DNA of 64,000 nt, taken from contig OZ024740.1 of NCBI GenBank assembly GCA_964016885.1, forward strand, positions 397,172,001 to 397,236,000, read 5' to 3'. Source of the DNA: Eledone cirrhosa (taxonomy: Eukaryota). The notes under the pieces are model-generated. The model did not search any database. It was not told the DNA's origin and worked only from the letters and a program-made list of their open reading frames with translations. Made by a program: the position numbers and the translations under genes. Positions 13,252-29,202 of this stretch are shown here, in pieces. Each line of letters opens with the position of its first letter. Position 1 is the first letter of the stretch.

Positions 13252-15440
13252 ATCATCATCATCATCATCAACGTTTAACGTCCGTGTTCCACGCTTGCAT
13301 GGGTTTGGACGGGGGGTTTTCCCACTTGAGGCAAGAGTGATTGTCTTGCTCGCATAGGACTGTCTGGCAGGTTTTCTACAGTTGGATGCCCTTCCTAACA
13401 CCAACCACATTTACAGTGTGGGTCTGGGAGGTTTTTACCGTGTTGCCTACACGGCCACATTACAGCATGGACTGTGTGTTTTTTTGTCGTGACACCTACA
13501 CGATCTCATTTGTTTCGGCCTGGATGGTGTGGCACCAACACAACTTTACATAGAAGGGGGTGGTGTGGATGGGGTGGGGGTGGTGGGACGGGGGTGTATT
13601 TTGTTAGACTATGCCTACTGACTGTAGTAGGTTTTACTATGTATTTAGATAAGGCGGGTCTTCTCTGTTACTGAGTACCGCCAAAGGTCTCGGTCCAGTG
13701 ACATTGTCTTGGAGAGGTGTAAGTGTGTGAGGTCGGAGTTTATCAGCTCGTCCCAGGTTTTTTTAGGTCTGCCTATTCCGTGGCTACCGTCTATCTGTAT
13801 TGCCATACCAACGTAGCCTTCTCTAGAGTAAACAACATGTGATCCCTCTTATTTCTAATTTTTTCCTTAGTTCGTTTATGCTTTGCCGTTCACGTATATT
13901 ACTATTACACATCCAGCGGAGCATGCAAGCTTCGTTCCTCTCTAGTCTGCGTATATCCTCTGCACACAATGCCCAGGTCTCACTGCCATGCAAAATTGCT
14001 GTTCGTATGCAGGCATCATACAACCTGCCTTTCATTTTTAGGGAGAACCCTTTAGCGGCTAATAGTGGTATAAGCTCTCTGAACTTTTTCCATCCAGTTC
14101 TGACTCTAGCTACTGTACTTTCAGAGCACCCTCCCCCACTGCTGATTTTGTCACCCAGCTAACGGAAGCTGTCCACTATTTCTATAGAGCCCTCTGCGCA
14201 GTTGAAAGAGCTAGTATTTTGTGGGCACTTGCTGCTACTTATTGCACCAGAGCACCGGCCACATGTGAAATCTATGTTCTTAGTTAGCTTACCTGTGATC
14301 CCACTACATCTTTTATGCACCCATACTTTGCATTTCTGACACAAAATGGAGTTTCTACCTACGCCTTTCCTACACACTGAGCATGGCTGCTTCCCGGAAG
14401 GGACCGCCGCCTTATTTTCTTTCCTACAAACTAGAACTTTGGTCTTAGCCAGATTAATTTTAAGGCCTTTTGATTCTAGGCCGTGCTTCCATGTTTGAAA
14501 TTTCTTCTCTAGCTCGGCCATTGATTCAGCTATGAGTGTTAGGTCGTCTGCGTATAGGAGTTCCCGTGGGCAGCCGGTCTTGAACTCCTCTGTTATAGCC
14601 TGAAGGGCAATAATAAATAGTAGGGGGCTGAGAACAGAGCCCTGATGGACGCCAACTTTTACGCTAAACTCTTCACTATATTCCTTGTTAATTCTAACCT
14701 TGCTGACTGTTTCTTTATACATGGCTTGTATAGCTCTCACAAGCCATTCGTCGACACCTAGTTTTCTAAGAGCCCACCAGATAATGGAACGGGGGACTCT
14801 GTCGAAGGCTTTCTCCAAGTCGACAAAAGCTAAGTAGAGGGGTTTACTTTTAGCTAGGTACTTCTCCTGTAGTTGTCGTACAATGAAAAGAGCGTCTGTG
14901 GTACTTTTGCCTGACACAATCCCGAACTGCATTTCATCTAGATCAATTCTCTCTCTGATTAGTTGCGCTATTACTTTTTGCGTGACCTTCATGACCTGGT
15001 CGATTAATTTAATGCCTCTATAGTTACTCCTATCTTGGGCATCTCCTTTACCCTTATAACAGTTAACGATGATGCTGCTACGCCAGTCCTTCGGAACAAC
15101 CCCATTCTGTACGACTTGGTTAACTATCCGGGTGACCATGGTGTGTCCCACCATGCCATATGCCTTCAGCATCTCAGCAACTATTTCCAAAGGCCCAGCT
15201 GCCTTACCCGTCTTCATATCCTTGATTGCCTTACTTATTATACTACCCTCGACTAACACTGCTGGTCCCTCTATTGGGTCGATGTGGGGGAGTCTGTCTT
15301 TCTCCCATTTATTCTCCTCATTTAGTAGCCTTTCATAGTGACACTTACAAGCTACCTTCTTATCAGCGTCGGTGATGGCAAGTACGCCGTCATCATTAAG
15401 TACACACTTCTCCCCGACAATATCACGGTTTTCCTTGACA
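13252..15440 (-). mobile_element. RTE LINE family A, 5'-truncated, with small internal deletion
   Basis: RT motifs [26 protein letters not shown] and YADD are in ORF 14159-~15440; (GAT)n tail; frameshift near 14159 and a deletion near 13805. Confidence 0.92.
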
Positions 15441-15457
15441 CATATACACATATATCT

Positions 15458-15516
<59 letters not shown>

Positions 15517-15643
15517 TATATATATATATACACATATATATATATATATATACATACATACACACACATATATATATATACATACACATATATATATATA
15601 TACACATATATATATATATATATACACATATATATATATATAT

Positions 15644-15678
<35 letters not shown>

Positions 15679-15699
15679 CACATATATATATATATACAT

Positions 15700-15734
<35 letters not shown>

Positions 15735-15791
15735 CACATATATATATATATACATACACATATATATATATATACACATATATATATATAT

Positions 15792-15832
<41 letters not shown>

Positions 15833-16037
15833 CACATATATATATATATACACATATATATATATATATATATACATACATACACACATATATATATACA
15901 CACATATATATATATATATATATACATACATACACACATATATATATATACACACATACACACATATATATATATATACACACATATATATATATATATA
16001 TATACATACATACATACACACATATATATATATACAT

Positions 16038-16106
<69 letters not shown>

Positions 16107-16129
16107 TATATCTATATACATATATATAT

Positions 16130-16737
16130 GGTGGCTGCCAACTCGTTTTCGAGTACGGCCACTACTTTATATCCATGTAGGAGAACCCCTACCGATGCGC
16201 TGAACAAGTGTGACTTTTTAGTCCAGCCAGCGACTTGAAAACTCTGGTACAAACACTACACTTGTGACAATTACTGACACATAGTGCTGGGCCCATGGTA
16301 CCATGTGACGACAAGTGCAGAGAGATCTCCAGATATAAAGCAATGCCTGTGCCGTGAAGCTTTTATAGTGAGCAAAGGCACTGCACAAAGCCAGTCCCAC
16401 TCTCTTAACCAAGATGATATTTACCAAAAAGAAGAACAAGTCAACATCATTGGATACCATCAGGGTTGCAGGTGTTATATCAGAGTTTTCCTTCTCCTAG
16501 AATTCTGCCTTGACAAAGGCTAAGGGGTCATCTCTCCCGGTGATTTTGGATGGCCATTGACTCTTAAGAGCTCCTTTGCCCTTTGACAGGTTTTGTTTTT
16601 AGTCCTGCAGGATGTCCAAAGTCACCCTCCTCACCAAGAAACCTTGGTGGGGTTGCCAGTTTAGTCGCCAACGACCCGACCATGGGACAGGTTGTACTGG
16701 GATACATGTTACCAGTAGCACCAACTGGTGACCTGAC
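16130..16737 (-). mobile_element. Family X non-coding element, copy 2 (longest, 608 bp)
   Basis: Flanked by (TA)n; fixed end shared with 4711-5041 and 29203-29750. Carries CTAGGAGAAGGAAAACTCTGA (minus strand), a motif recalled from RTE-type 5' UTRs. Confidence 0.75.
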
Positions 16738-16770
<33 letters not shown>

Positions 16771-16779
16771 TATATATAT

Positions 16780-16820
<41 letters not shown>

Positions 16821-16924
16821 TATATATATATACACATATATATATATATACACACATATATATATACACACATATATATATATATACACACATATATATA
16901 TATATACATACACAACACATACAT

Positions 16925-16963
<39 letters not shown>

Positions 16964-16982
16964 CACATACATACACACATAT

Positions 16983-17268
16983 ATCATCATCATCATCATC
17001 ATCGACGTTTAACGTCCGTGTTCCATGCTTGCATGGGTTTGGACGGGGGTAGTCCCACTTGAGGCAAGAGTGATTGTCTTGCTCGCATAGGACTGTCTGG
17101 CAGGTTTTCTACAGTTGGATGCCCTTCCTAACACCAACCACATTTACAGTGTGGGTCTGGGAGGTTCTTTACCGTGTTGCCTACACGGCCACATTACAGC
17201 GTGGACTGTGTGTTTTTTTGTCGTGACACCTACACGATCTCATTTGTTTCGGCCTCGATGGCGCGGCA
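16983..17268 (-). mobile_element. RTE family A 3' UTR fragment
   Basis: Matches 1453-1741; (GAT)n tail. Confidence 0.9.
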
Positions 17269-17308
17269 ATATATATATATATATATATACATACACATAC
17301 ATACACAC

Positions 17309-17341
<33 letters not shown>

Positions 17342-17384
17342 TATACACATATATATACACACACACATATATATATATATATAT

Positions 17385-17467
<83 letters not shown>

Positions 17468-17633
17468 TATATACACACACACATATATATATATATATAC
17501 ATATATATATACACACACACATATATATATATATACATATATATATACACACACATATATATATATATATATACATATATATATACACACACATATATAT
17601 ATATATATATACATATATATATACACACACATA

Positions 17634-17687
<54 letters not shown>

Positions 17688-17690
<3 letters not shown>

Positions 17691-18287
17691 CTTTAAGTCT
17701 TTTGGAAGCCTCGACAATGCAAATGGGTAAATCTCCGGGTAACAAGGTCCGGTGGTGGAGAGAGAGATGTAAGTGGGTGTACGTTGAGATGCGTGGTGTG
17801 TATAAGATGTGTGAGATGTGTAGAATGAAGGGAAGAGTATAAAGGATAAAATTAAAATAACGACACAAGAGAGAGTTACCTTGGAAGAGATCTAATAGTC
17901 CTTCGCTGTTTGTTGTTTTCAAAACAACAAACAGCGAAGGACGCGTTCCGGACTTGTCCGACAGACAACCTTTTCCCCCCACCCCGGAAAAAAACCCGTT
18001 GATGGATGTGAATCCGTAATATATAGGGACTATTAAATCTCTCGCAAGGTAACTCTCTCTTGTGTTGTTATTTTTATTTTATCCTTTATACTCTTCCCTT
18101 CATTCTACACATCTCACACATCTTATACACACCACGCATCTCAACGTACACCCACTTACATCTCTCTCTCCACCACCGGACCTTGTTACCCGGAGATTTA
18201 CCCATTTGCATTGTCGAGGCTTCCAAACGACTTAAAGATATTTACTTATTGTTCCACAATGCTTCAAGCCAACTTCAATACTCCCAT
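17688..18287. repeat. Fold-back element between (TA)n tracts
   Basis: 17688-17900 is an imperfect reverse complement of 18026-18241; a perfect inner hairpin GTCCTTCGCTGTTTGTTGTTTT-C-AAAACAACAAACAGCGAAGGAC lies at ~17898-17942. Confidence 0.85.
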
Positions 18288-20760
<2,473 letters not shown>

Positions 20761-21215
20761 AAACATAAGTATATGTATATATACACACACATACACATAT
20801 ACAGAAGTATATATTGGCAGCATGGGCCTTCTAATATATATACACACACACAGAGTAGGCTGGTTCTATGGAAAATGCCCCCAGTTAAGTACATTCTAGA
20901 AGGTGACTAACATTAGGAAGGGGATGCCACTGTAGAAACCATGCCAAATAATCTTTCTAGTATCGGTGAACTACACAATAAATGCACCCTGTATACAATG
21001 TGGTTGGTGACAGGAAGGGCATCCAGCCAACGCCATGATAAAATGCCCTCAGTAGAATGTGGGACTATGTAAACAAGATATAGGCCTCCAAGCTATCTGA
21101 GAGGTCAGTATCCTCGCTCGAATACTTACTTTGTGAAGACCTATCCAAACATCTTGGTATCAGGGAAGATGGATGATATATCTATACCACACAACCTTGT
21201 CCCTTTCCATTCATG

Positions 21216-21252
<37 letters not shown>

Positions 21253-21334
21253 GTTATTCCGGGTTGAATCGGAGGTAACCACAGTAAGTAAGGTACTCAA
21301 TACATAGCAGAGTATAACAGTTTTAATATAGATG

Positions 21335-21385
21335 AGATTCTACAGGACTAGAACTGTTTCATTCATTAGAAATCATCAGGAATCT
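21335..21385 (-). ncRNA. Type I hammerhead ribozyme (mirror copy)
   Basis: Exact reverse complement of 21414-21464. Confidence 0.85.
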
Positions 21386-21413
21386 GGGTATCAAAAAATA
21401 TTTTTTGATACCC

Positions 21414-21464
21414 AGATTCCTGATGATTTCTAATGAATGAAACAGTTCTAGTCCTGTAGAATCT
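21414..21464 (+). ncRNA. Type I hammerhead ribozyme
   Basis: Stem I AGATTC/GAATCT; CTGATGA; stem II T-TTC-TAAT-GAA-T; GAAA; stem III ACAG/CTGT with loop TTCTAGTC; predicted GUA cleavage after 21458. Confidence 0.85.
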
Positions 21465-21940
21465 CATCTATATTAAAACTATATATATATATATATATGT
21501 GTGTGTTATAGGGTGTTTCCGAATTGGTACCTGGTACTGTGATTGTATTGTTCCAATCAGCAAAAGTAAAGTATAATAAGGAAAAAGAAAATGTTGATGT
21601 CCTAGTATATATATATACAAATACGTACATATTTATATATATATACACTCACACACATATATATAGATACATACATATGTACATAATATATATATCAAGC
21701 AGAAAGTTATTTGACATTAGTAAAACTAAACTGTTTATATATATATATATATATATATATTCATATACTTGCATACACACACATATTATACATATTATTT
21801 ACATACATATATACATGTAAATATAGATGAAGTTGCAGCTCCTGCATGGCCTGAGCTGTCATATCTAAAACAAAGTAATGAATTGAAGGGCACTATTTTT
21901 AAAATACAAAAAGAATATATATGTATACTATATTATTTAC

Positions 21941-22040
21941 CTTTGGCAAGAAGTGGGCATTCCTGGTTACAAACGTGAAACTCATTCAGAGAAATACATT
22001 CGTCGGAATCTTGATCACAAGGACCCAAATCAGTGTACAT
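21941..22040 (-). CDS. Candidate first coding exon of an unidentified host gene
   Basis: The ATG opens MYTDLGPCDQDSDECISLNEFHVCNQECPLLAK and ends at AAG|GTAAAT (phase-1 donor). The sequence is unique and non-repetitive, downstream of a promoter-like region. No homolog recognised. Confidence 0.4.
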
Positions 22041-22879
22041 CTCCAACTGTGGCCATGCTATTCCAGGAGGAATTCGGCCTCGGTTTCTCCCTTTCGTCTA
22101 ACAGAAGTTCTTAGTGGAATTTAAAATCTCTTTTTTCTTGTTATTGTATTTTGTTTTCCTTGTTGTAGTCTTGTAATAGAACAAATTTGAACAACTCTTG
22201 AACTAACTTATAATTCTATACAAGTAATATATTATATATTGTATATACAGAAAATACCATTATTAAATATTTATACAAGTTGCCGTTTCTATTGACTGTT
22301 GTTATTTTTTTTGTTTCTTTCCTTAATTCCTCGGAAAGAATGTATATTTTGGAATTTTACATACCCTCATTTTTACGTGAATATTTTTTTTTTCTTTAAT
22401 GAATACAGTCAATTTTCGAAATTAAATTGAAAAAAAAAAAAAATAATAATAACTAATACAAAAACGTACCCGCTTTCTAATGCGGAGCTACCAAGTTAAT
22501 CTGTTAAGTTTGTTCATTGTTGTTGCTTGGTTTTTCTGTTCTCAAATTTTAATTCTAATTATATTTACTGCTTGAAAAACATGTCATAAACAGACATTCC
22601 TCAATGGAATGAATATTTTTTTAAAAACATTAAGTTAGAAAAAACAAAACCAGTTCATTCAGGTAATAAACAATATATATATATATATATTCTTTTTTTT
22701 TTGTATTTTGTTAAGTATTAGAAATATTTTTCGTGTTTCATGTCTTCAGTGAAATTTACTGTCAACTTTTTTCCCATTCTTTATCTTGTTCTTCCCTTAA
22801 ATTTATGCCGACCTTAGCTTTGTTTTCCATTGAGTTAGAGTTATGAATCTGAAATCTTTCGCCTGATTTCTCAAATCAA

Positions 22880-23030
22880 TACTGAAGGGCCAGTGGAAAT
22901 TGGCAACGATAAGCATCATTCCTCTACTGTATGTAGCAACTGTCGTCTGCAACAGTACGGTGAAGGGCGGAGCTGAACACAGAACAGAACTGAACTGAAC
23001 AGAACGGTATGACTGACAAGAGGCAAAAGA
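22880..23030. promoter_or_regulatory. Possible promoter/5' region
   Basis: GC box GGGCGGAGC at ~22965, local GC/CpG enrichment, and a TE-free neighbourhood beside a long purine tract. Confidence 0.25.
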
Positions 23031-24090
23031 TCCAGTGAGACGGAGAGAGAGAGGGGAAGGGGGTGAAGAGAATAAGAAGAGATAGAAGAGAAAATGGGAA
23101 ATAAAGCAGGAGAGGAAGGAGGAGACAGTAAGACAGGACGTAGTGTTGCGGAGTGATAGGGAAGAGATGTGAGAGGAATAATAAAAATAAATAAATAATA
23201 GTAGTAAGCGTGAAAGTGAGGAGAGAGAAGGAGAGCTAGAAGATATGGTGAAAAGAGAGAGGAGTAAAGGAGAAATCAGTTGGAATAGGAGAGAAAGAAA
23301 TTACAGACATAAAATGAATGAAGAAAGATGGAATGTGAAAGAAATGTGTGGGTGAAAATGAAACAAAAACGTGAATGAAATGAGAGAAAGAAAGAGGAAA
23401 GAATTGGATCAAGGGAAGAAATTGTGAAGTGATCAATGGTTTTGGACTGAATGAAAGAGCAAGAAGCGATATATGAGAGAGGTTGAGATTAAAAGAAAGA
23501 GGAGGAGAGGTGAAAGGTGACAAAAGTGGTGGGAGAGTTAGAATATATAATAAGAGAGTGGGATGGCTGAGTAACGACAAAAGAAGAAAAAGAAGAAAAA
23601 TAAAAGTAATTGAGTATAAAGAAAAAAGAAGAAAGAAGGATTCAAAATAATGGTTTATTTATTTAATAATGGAATATTAAAACAAAGGGGGAAAAAAGGA
23701 TCAGAAACAATTTAAAGTTCAAGAAAAATGAAAAAAAAAGACTCCTAGATGTGATTGGAATTATGATCGAAGTGGGAGACAGAGAGGTTGTATAGGACGG
23801 AGAGAAAGATGAAGATAACACATGGAAGAGTGAGATGAACGCTATTGGGAGGAGGGAAACGGGAAAAGAGCGGGAAAATAAATGGGGAGGGGGAGAAAGG
23901 AATTAGAGATATAAATCGAAATAAAAAGAAAACAAAGAGAAAGAAGGAATTAATGAAAGAATGAAAGAGACTAAGGAAGTGAAATGACAAAACAACAACA
24001 ACAAAACGTAAATTAGACGGAAAAGACTGAAGAAAAAAAAGAAGAAATGGGTGAAGAGTAACAAAAGTAAGCAGAAAGAGAAGTAACAGC
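23030..24090 (+). repeat. ~1-kb purine-rich (GA) low-complexity tract
   Basis: Strong A/G skew on the + strand. Confidence 0.8.
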
Positions 24091-27000
24091 AGCAGCAGCG
24101 ACAGTTGCAGCGTTTGTTACTGTAAGACAAGTACAGCCTCTGCAATAGCTGCAAAATATTCAAAAGTTGACCAGCAGTAAAGAAAAACATTTTAGAAAAA
24201 TAAAACGCTGAAAACTGACTATGTATATTGACATTCTACGGTTGTGAGTATTATTATGCTCCAAGGTTTTACCTTCACTATATATCTGAGACTTACTTTT
24301 ACCCTCTACATAATGGTTGAAACACTTGATAACACACACTTGCAACATCTTCATATTTAGACATAGAAAAATATATATTTTGTTTTTACCCTAGAAGACC
24401 CAACTTCAATGAAAAGAGGATCAAGAAAGAGATTAATAAGCTGTAGGGCACGGAATTTGGCACAGACAAAGCCAGAGATATCACCATTATCATTTAATGT
24501 CCACTTTCCATGCTTGCATGGGTTAGATAGGCTGTCACATTCTGAGGAGTGATATGTCAAGTGACCACCTCTTATTCATACATTCTGATTTTGGTTTGGT
24601 TTTGTACGGTTGGATGCTTTTCCTAATGCCAACCACTTTATATGTACTGGGAGCTTTTGTCATGTCACCAGCATGATCACTATACAGGGTAAACTGAGTG
24701 CTTTTTCATCATGGCACCAGCATGATATAGTATTTGTTACTGTAATAGTGCTAATTTTTTTTCAAAATCTGCCTAACTCTGCTTCAATATCTGCTACCCA
24801 GTACTAGTACCAGCTATCCGTAATGGGAATAATGTGGTTTGAATTTAAAAGCTCTCAAACGAACCAGCGAAGTGACAGAAGCCATTTAGAACAAGGTGAT
24901 AGAGTAAATCGGAACTGCAGTAAAAATCATTGGTTTTAATTCCTTAAAAGTCGATAAAATCGGTATGGTTAATACAAATAGTTGATTCAGTTCTCTATAC
25001 ATCATTCCTGAGAAAAATCGGTTTTGTGACAAACGGAAAAAAAATCATTAATCTACTATAATAGCCAACGTTGTGCTTCAGTTTCTATTCTCAATGAAGT
25101 CCTTTCATGTTCACATATGTCATTAATAGTAAGACTCAAACCTCACAACATCTCAATTCCTTTACCTTAAAAACAAAGTTTCTTGTGAGTAATCATATTG
25201 ATAAATTGAAAATATCCACTAAACAGCTAGGCAAAGAATGTAAAAATATAGGGTGTCAAAATAATGGTGCAAAGTGTCAGATCCTATCATTATCTAGCAA
25301 AAAAATGATAACGCTGGATGGTTTTAAAGTAGAATGATTCATGTTTCTTGGTAGCATAGTAGCAAATAAGGTAGAAAATTGGCAGAGTCATTAGAACATT
25401 GAGGTATTTGTTCCAGTTCTCTGTGTTTTAAATCCAAATCCTGCAGCCAAATCAACTTTGACTTACTTTTATCCAAGGTCAGTAAATGAAGTACAAGTCT
25501 AGTACTGGGGTCGATTATTCCAGTAAACCTCTTTCTTACTTCTCTGTTGCCTTCCCTGGAAGAAATCTATCACATTCTGACATGGAGAAGGATGGCTTTT
25601 GCTGAGTTTTAAATGCCATAAGTCATGATGGGGCCCCTATAATTCCATCAGGGTTAAGTGTCCATAGTACGAAATAGATAAAAACATGGGTTATAAAAAA
25701 AATCACATTTCAGTCACATCTACAGCATTTGAAAGTGTAAGAAAGAAATATGATCTAGAAGTGGCAGGATATGAACCAGCAACTCAACTTTAGGCTGCTT
25801 ATTATTCCAATCACCTTGAAGGTACGTGCAGACTAAAGGGTTTTGAAATCTGGTCTACAATAAGGATGTCATTGTTAAACAGGCATAGAAATACTTACAT
25901 ATGAAAGTCTTCACATGATATACATCATTTTCAAAGTAATAAGAAGAAAGAAGCTAAAATAGTTCACTTGTGTAATAAGAAAGTCACTCAGTAATTATGT
26001 AGCCGTGACATTCCACCAATACTTCTCAAAGCCCAGACAATGTAGATCGCCTAAGGGGTGGGCTATCAGATTCATGAAGATATAAGGTTACCACTCAGAC
26101 AAGCACAGGTCAGAGCATCTGTGGGTGGGTGGCAATGATGTAGTTGGCAGGAGAATGAGAGGGTTAAAAAGAACTGAGAGAATAAAATGAAGACAAAAAA
26201 TTATTATTACTCACTGTAAACACTACTTTGTCTTGTAATTTATCCTTGTATTGAGGCCCTTGTGATCAACAAAAGCAATTATTGGTAGAATTAGCAGAGT
26301 AGCATTGATAGAGTGTGTAACAGATCACAGATTTGCTCTAGGTAGAGTCACTATTTCTCTGAATTGAGAGATCACAGCTTTGAGATTATGAACATGTGGT
26401 TAGAATGTCTCAGGAAAGAATAGTTGGAGAGATTTTACCTGTAAAATCAACAGGCAAGAGACCCAGCAGAAGACTGAGCATGATGGTTGGGTAACATCCA
26501 TGAACTCGGTTGGTCTCGCTTGGAGATCCAGGCAGATCAACTGGCGTCAGTTGTTTCTGACAGGACCCAGCCCACATGACCCTCTCAAGAAGAAGAAGAA
26601 GAAGAAGAAGTAGTAGTAGTAGTAGAGTGTTTCTTTGGTTCAATCTGACTATCAGCATTTTCCCTTAATTTTACATATATTTTTAAAATGTTTTCTTTGT
26701 ATAACAACCATGACACATGCCTCCATTTTTGTATAATGTTCTTTCACCACCCACCTAAACGATTTGGGAACACTTCTAGATTTAAGAGTTTTGTGAAATA
26801 GTATATACATATCTTCAATGACTAAAATAAAGAATGGGTTGTTATTATTGTCAGTGATGTTACTGTTGCTGCTGCTGCTGTCATTGTTGTGTTTAGTTTT
26901 AGTTAGTTTTAAACATCTTGAGTTTAAATCCCACTGGTGTCTGGTTTGCTTTTTATTCTCCAGAATGAATAAAATAAATACCAGTATGTACTTCAGTCAT

Positions 27001-27310
27001 CTCACTCAAATTCAGCCCACCCTAACAAATTTGAAGCTCCATGATAAAGTCATTGTGTTCAAACCCCACCAGTATCAATTTTGCTTTTCATCACTCCAAT
27101 GTCAATTATATAAGTAACAGTAATATACTGTTTCGATTTAATCAACTATACTACTTCCTTATAGATTGTGTCTTTATGCAGTGTTAGAGGTAACATTGGT
27201 GATAGACTCTGTAGAACATTGTGATTTCTTTGTATTTTGAGGTTGACTTTGTCTTTTATATTTCCAATGATGATAAAAATAAGTACCATTCAAGTACTGA
27301 CATTGATTAA

Positions 27311-27518
27311 CCCTTTAGCATTTACATTACTCTATATTTACTATTATATTTTCATGGTAAAGGCTTTACCTCACATAATATCAAATCTATGACATTTTGA
27401 TATTATTTATTTTGAGAACAATACCGTAACATCAGTATGAGTGGCCAGTTATGGCTAGTTTGAACAGAAAGTGGTGAGATAATTCTGGCTGGATACGGCC
27501 AGTTTAAATGCTAAAGGG
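27311..27518. mobile_element. piggyBac-type MITE
   Basis: TTAA on both sides (27307-27310, 27519-27522) and 14-bp TIRs CCCTTTAGCATTTA / TAAATGCTAAAGGG; inserted in a decayed SINE. Confidence 0.85.
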
Positions 27519-27589
27519 TTAAATTAGTTAACCACCCCAACCCCAACAAAATTTGTGACCTTGAACCTATATTCACATTTCTTGTAATA

Positions 27590-27800
27590 ATAGTTTTTGA
27601 TTTAGGCATAAGGCCAATAATTCGGGAGTGGGAGGAAAATCAATTAAATTGACTCTAGTGCATTACTGGTATTTTATTTTATTGACACCGTAAAGATGAA
27701 AAGCAAAGCTAACCTCAACAGGATTTGAAATCAGAAGGTAAAGGGTTGTAACTCTATGTCACGAAGCATGGTGTTTGACACTCTATTAATACTACCAATC
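27590..27800 (-). mobile_element. SINE family 2, diverged copy
   Basis: Similar to the reverse complement of 31795-31973. Confidence 0.65.
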
Positions 27801-28723
27801 CCTCCCCTTACACACACATTTCTTGTAAGAATGTCTGAACAAATCATTTCCAGAAACCTTCTTTTATTATTATGGAAAAATTAATGTCAAAGCTTTTTTC
27901 CAAGGAGATGAATGTGAGAGGAAAGCCAATCATAGATTCAGCTCTCTTATATACCAGCTACTGGTATAATAATTGCTAAGGCACAAGAAAGTATTGGACC
28001 ACTAGGTTTTACAGGTTTGAAAATGAAATTGTGTAGCCTTTATGCCTTTCCAAAGTTTCTTTTTGACAAACTTTAAGGGCATGCAAATACAGACCATCAC
28101 TAGTTTCCTCAAAGTTTTACTATATTTTAAGGTCAGAAACAAGATTTGTGACGTTCATACATTTCCCAAGAGTGATGTTAATAATTACAACTGAAGATTG
28201 GAACTATGTCCCCCCATTGCCTCATACGAACATTTACTTCACAACACTGTCTTTCTAAATTTAACAAAACACGTAAATAAGATAATGAATGTTGAATTAG
28301 TTATATAATGAGAGCAAGGGAGTAATTATACTATGAAGATAAACTGCCAAATTTCTGCATCACTATTGAATGTATCAAAGACTGAGAAGATATCCTCTGC
28401 CAAAGCTTTCTTTTACAGACTAATTAAATGGAAACCTCATTACAATTGGCTTGCCTTTAGGAGGTCTTCAAATGTATTATTCTTTAAGTTGGAAATCAGA
28501 ACGTGACAGTGGCACCTGTTGAAGATTTTATACATCAGTATAATAAGTGTCTCTCCAGGTCATAAATCCTCAAATCATCTATCTTCAGCAGGTTAGAATC
28601 AGGTTAGGGAATCTCTACTAACCTGCAAATACACTAACTAAACACATGAGAAGCCTTTACACAGTAAGTACTCTATATATTATTTGTATGTATATATCCA
28701 TTCTGTAAGAATTGTAAAAGCAA

Positions 28724-28905
28724 TAATTGTTTCTACTTTTGGCACAAGGCCAGCAATTACCCAGTACATTACTGGTACTTTATTTTATCGACCCCGTAAG
28801 GATGAAAGGCAAAGTTAACCTTGGCGGAATTTGAACTCAGACTGTAAAGGGACGTAACTATGCTGGAAAGCATGACGTCCGACCTTCTACTGATACTGCC
28901 AATCC
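28724..28905 (-). mobile_element. SINE family 2
   Basis: Reverse complement of 31795-31973, including B-box-like GAGTTCAAATTCC. Confidence 0.85.
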
Positions 28906-29202
28906 CCCAGGTGAATTAAATATAATTGTATGACGTGGTCAGTGTATAAAGATAGTTGTACATTGAAGCATGTTATTATTTGAGGAGTTATTGAGTGTGT
29001 CCTTGTGTATGCATGCTTATGGTTATGTGTGTGTGTATGTGCAGGTGTTTATGTACTCTGACAGATGGTCAATATGTGAATTTGATAGGTGTGTGATTTG
29101 ATGTGTATGTATAGACGTATAGATGTGTGTGTATATGCACACAAACACACATGTAAGCTCCCTCAACACTATATGTGTGTGTGTATATATATATATATAT
29201 AT

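Larger units (their letters stand above)
21252..21480. mobile_element. PLE-type terminal fragment forming a perfect 162-bp palindrome (21319-21480)
   Basis: Zero-spacer symmetry about 21399/21400; the left arm extends 67 bp further; (TA)n on both sides; one hammerhead in each arm. Confidence 0.8.

Noticed and set aside
16640-16737. HDV-like ribozyme at the 5' end of family X
   Set aside because: P4-like hairpin, CTAA and a P2 partner are present, but I could not place P1, P3 and L3 in the required order; left as a test under family X.
22730-22755. Minus-strand CTGAAGA-CAT-GAAAC as a hammerhead
   Set aside because: Only 3 nt between core segments, so no stem II can form, and there is no convincing stem I.
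24860-25080. Helitron-like TCTACTATAATA terminus
   Set aside because: No matching 3' hairpin/CTRR end or second copy to support it.
28440-28670. Exon-like segment with splice-like ends
   Set aside because: In-frame stops in the frames examined and no recognisable product.
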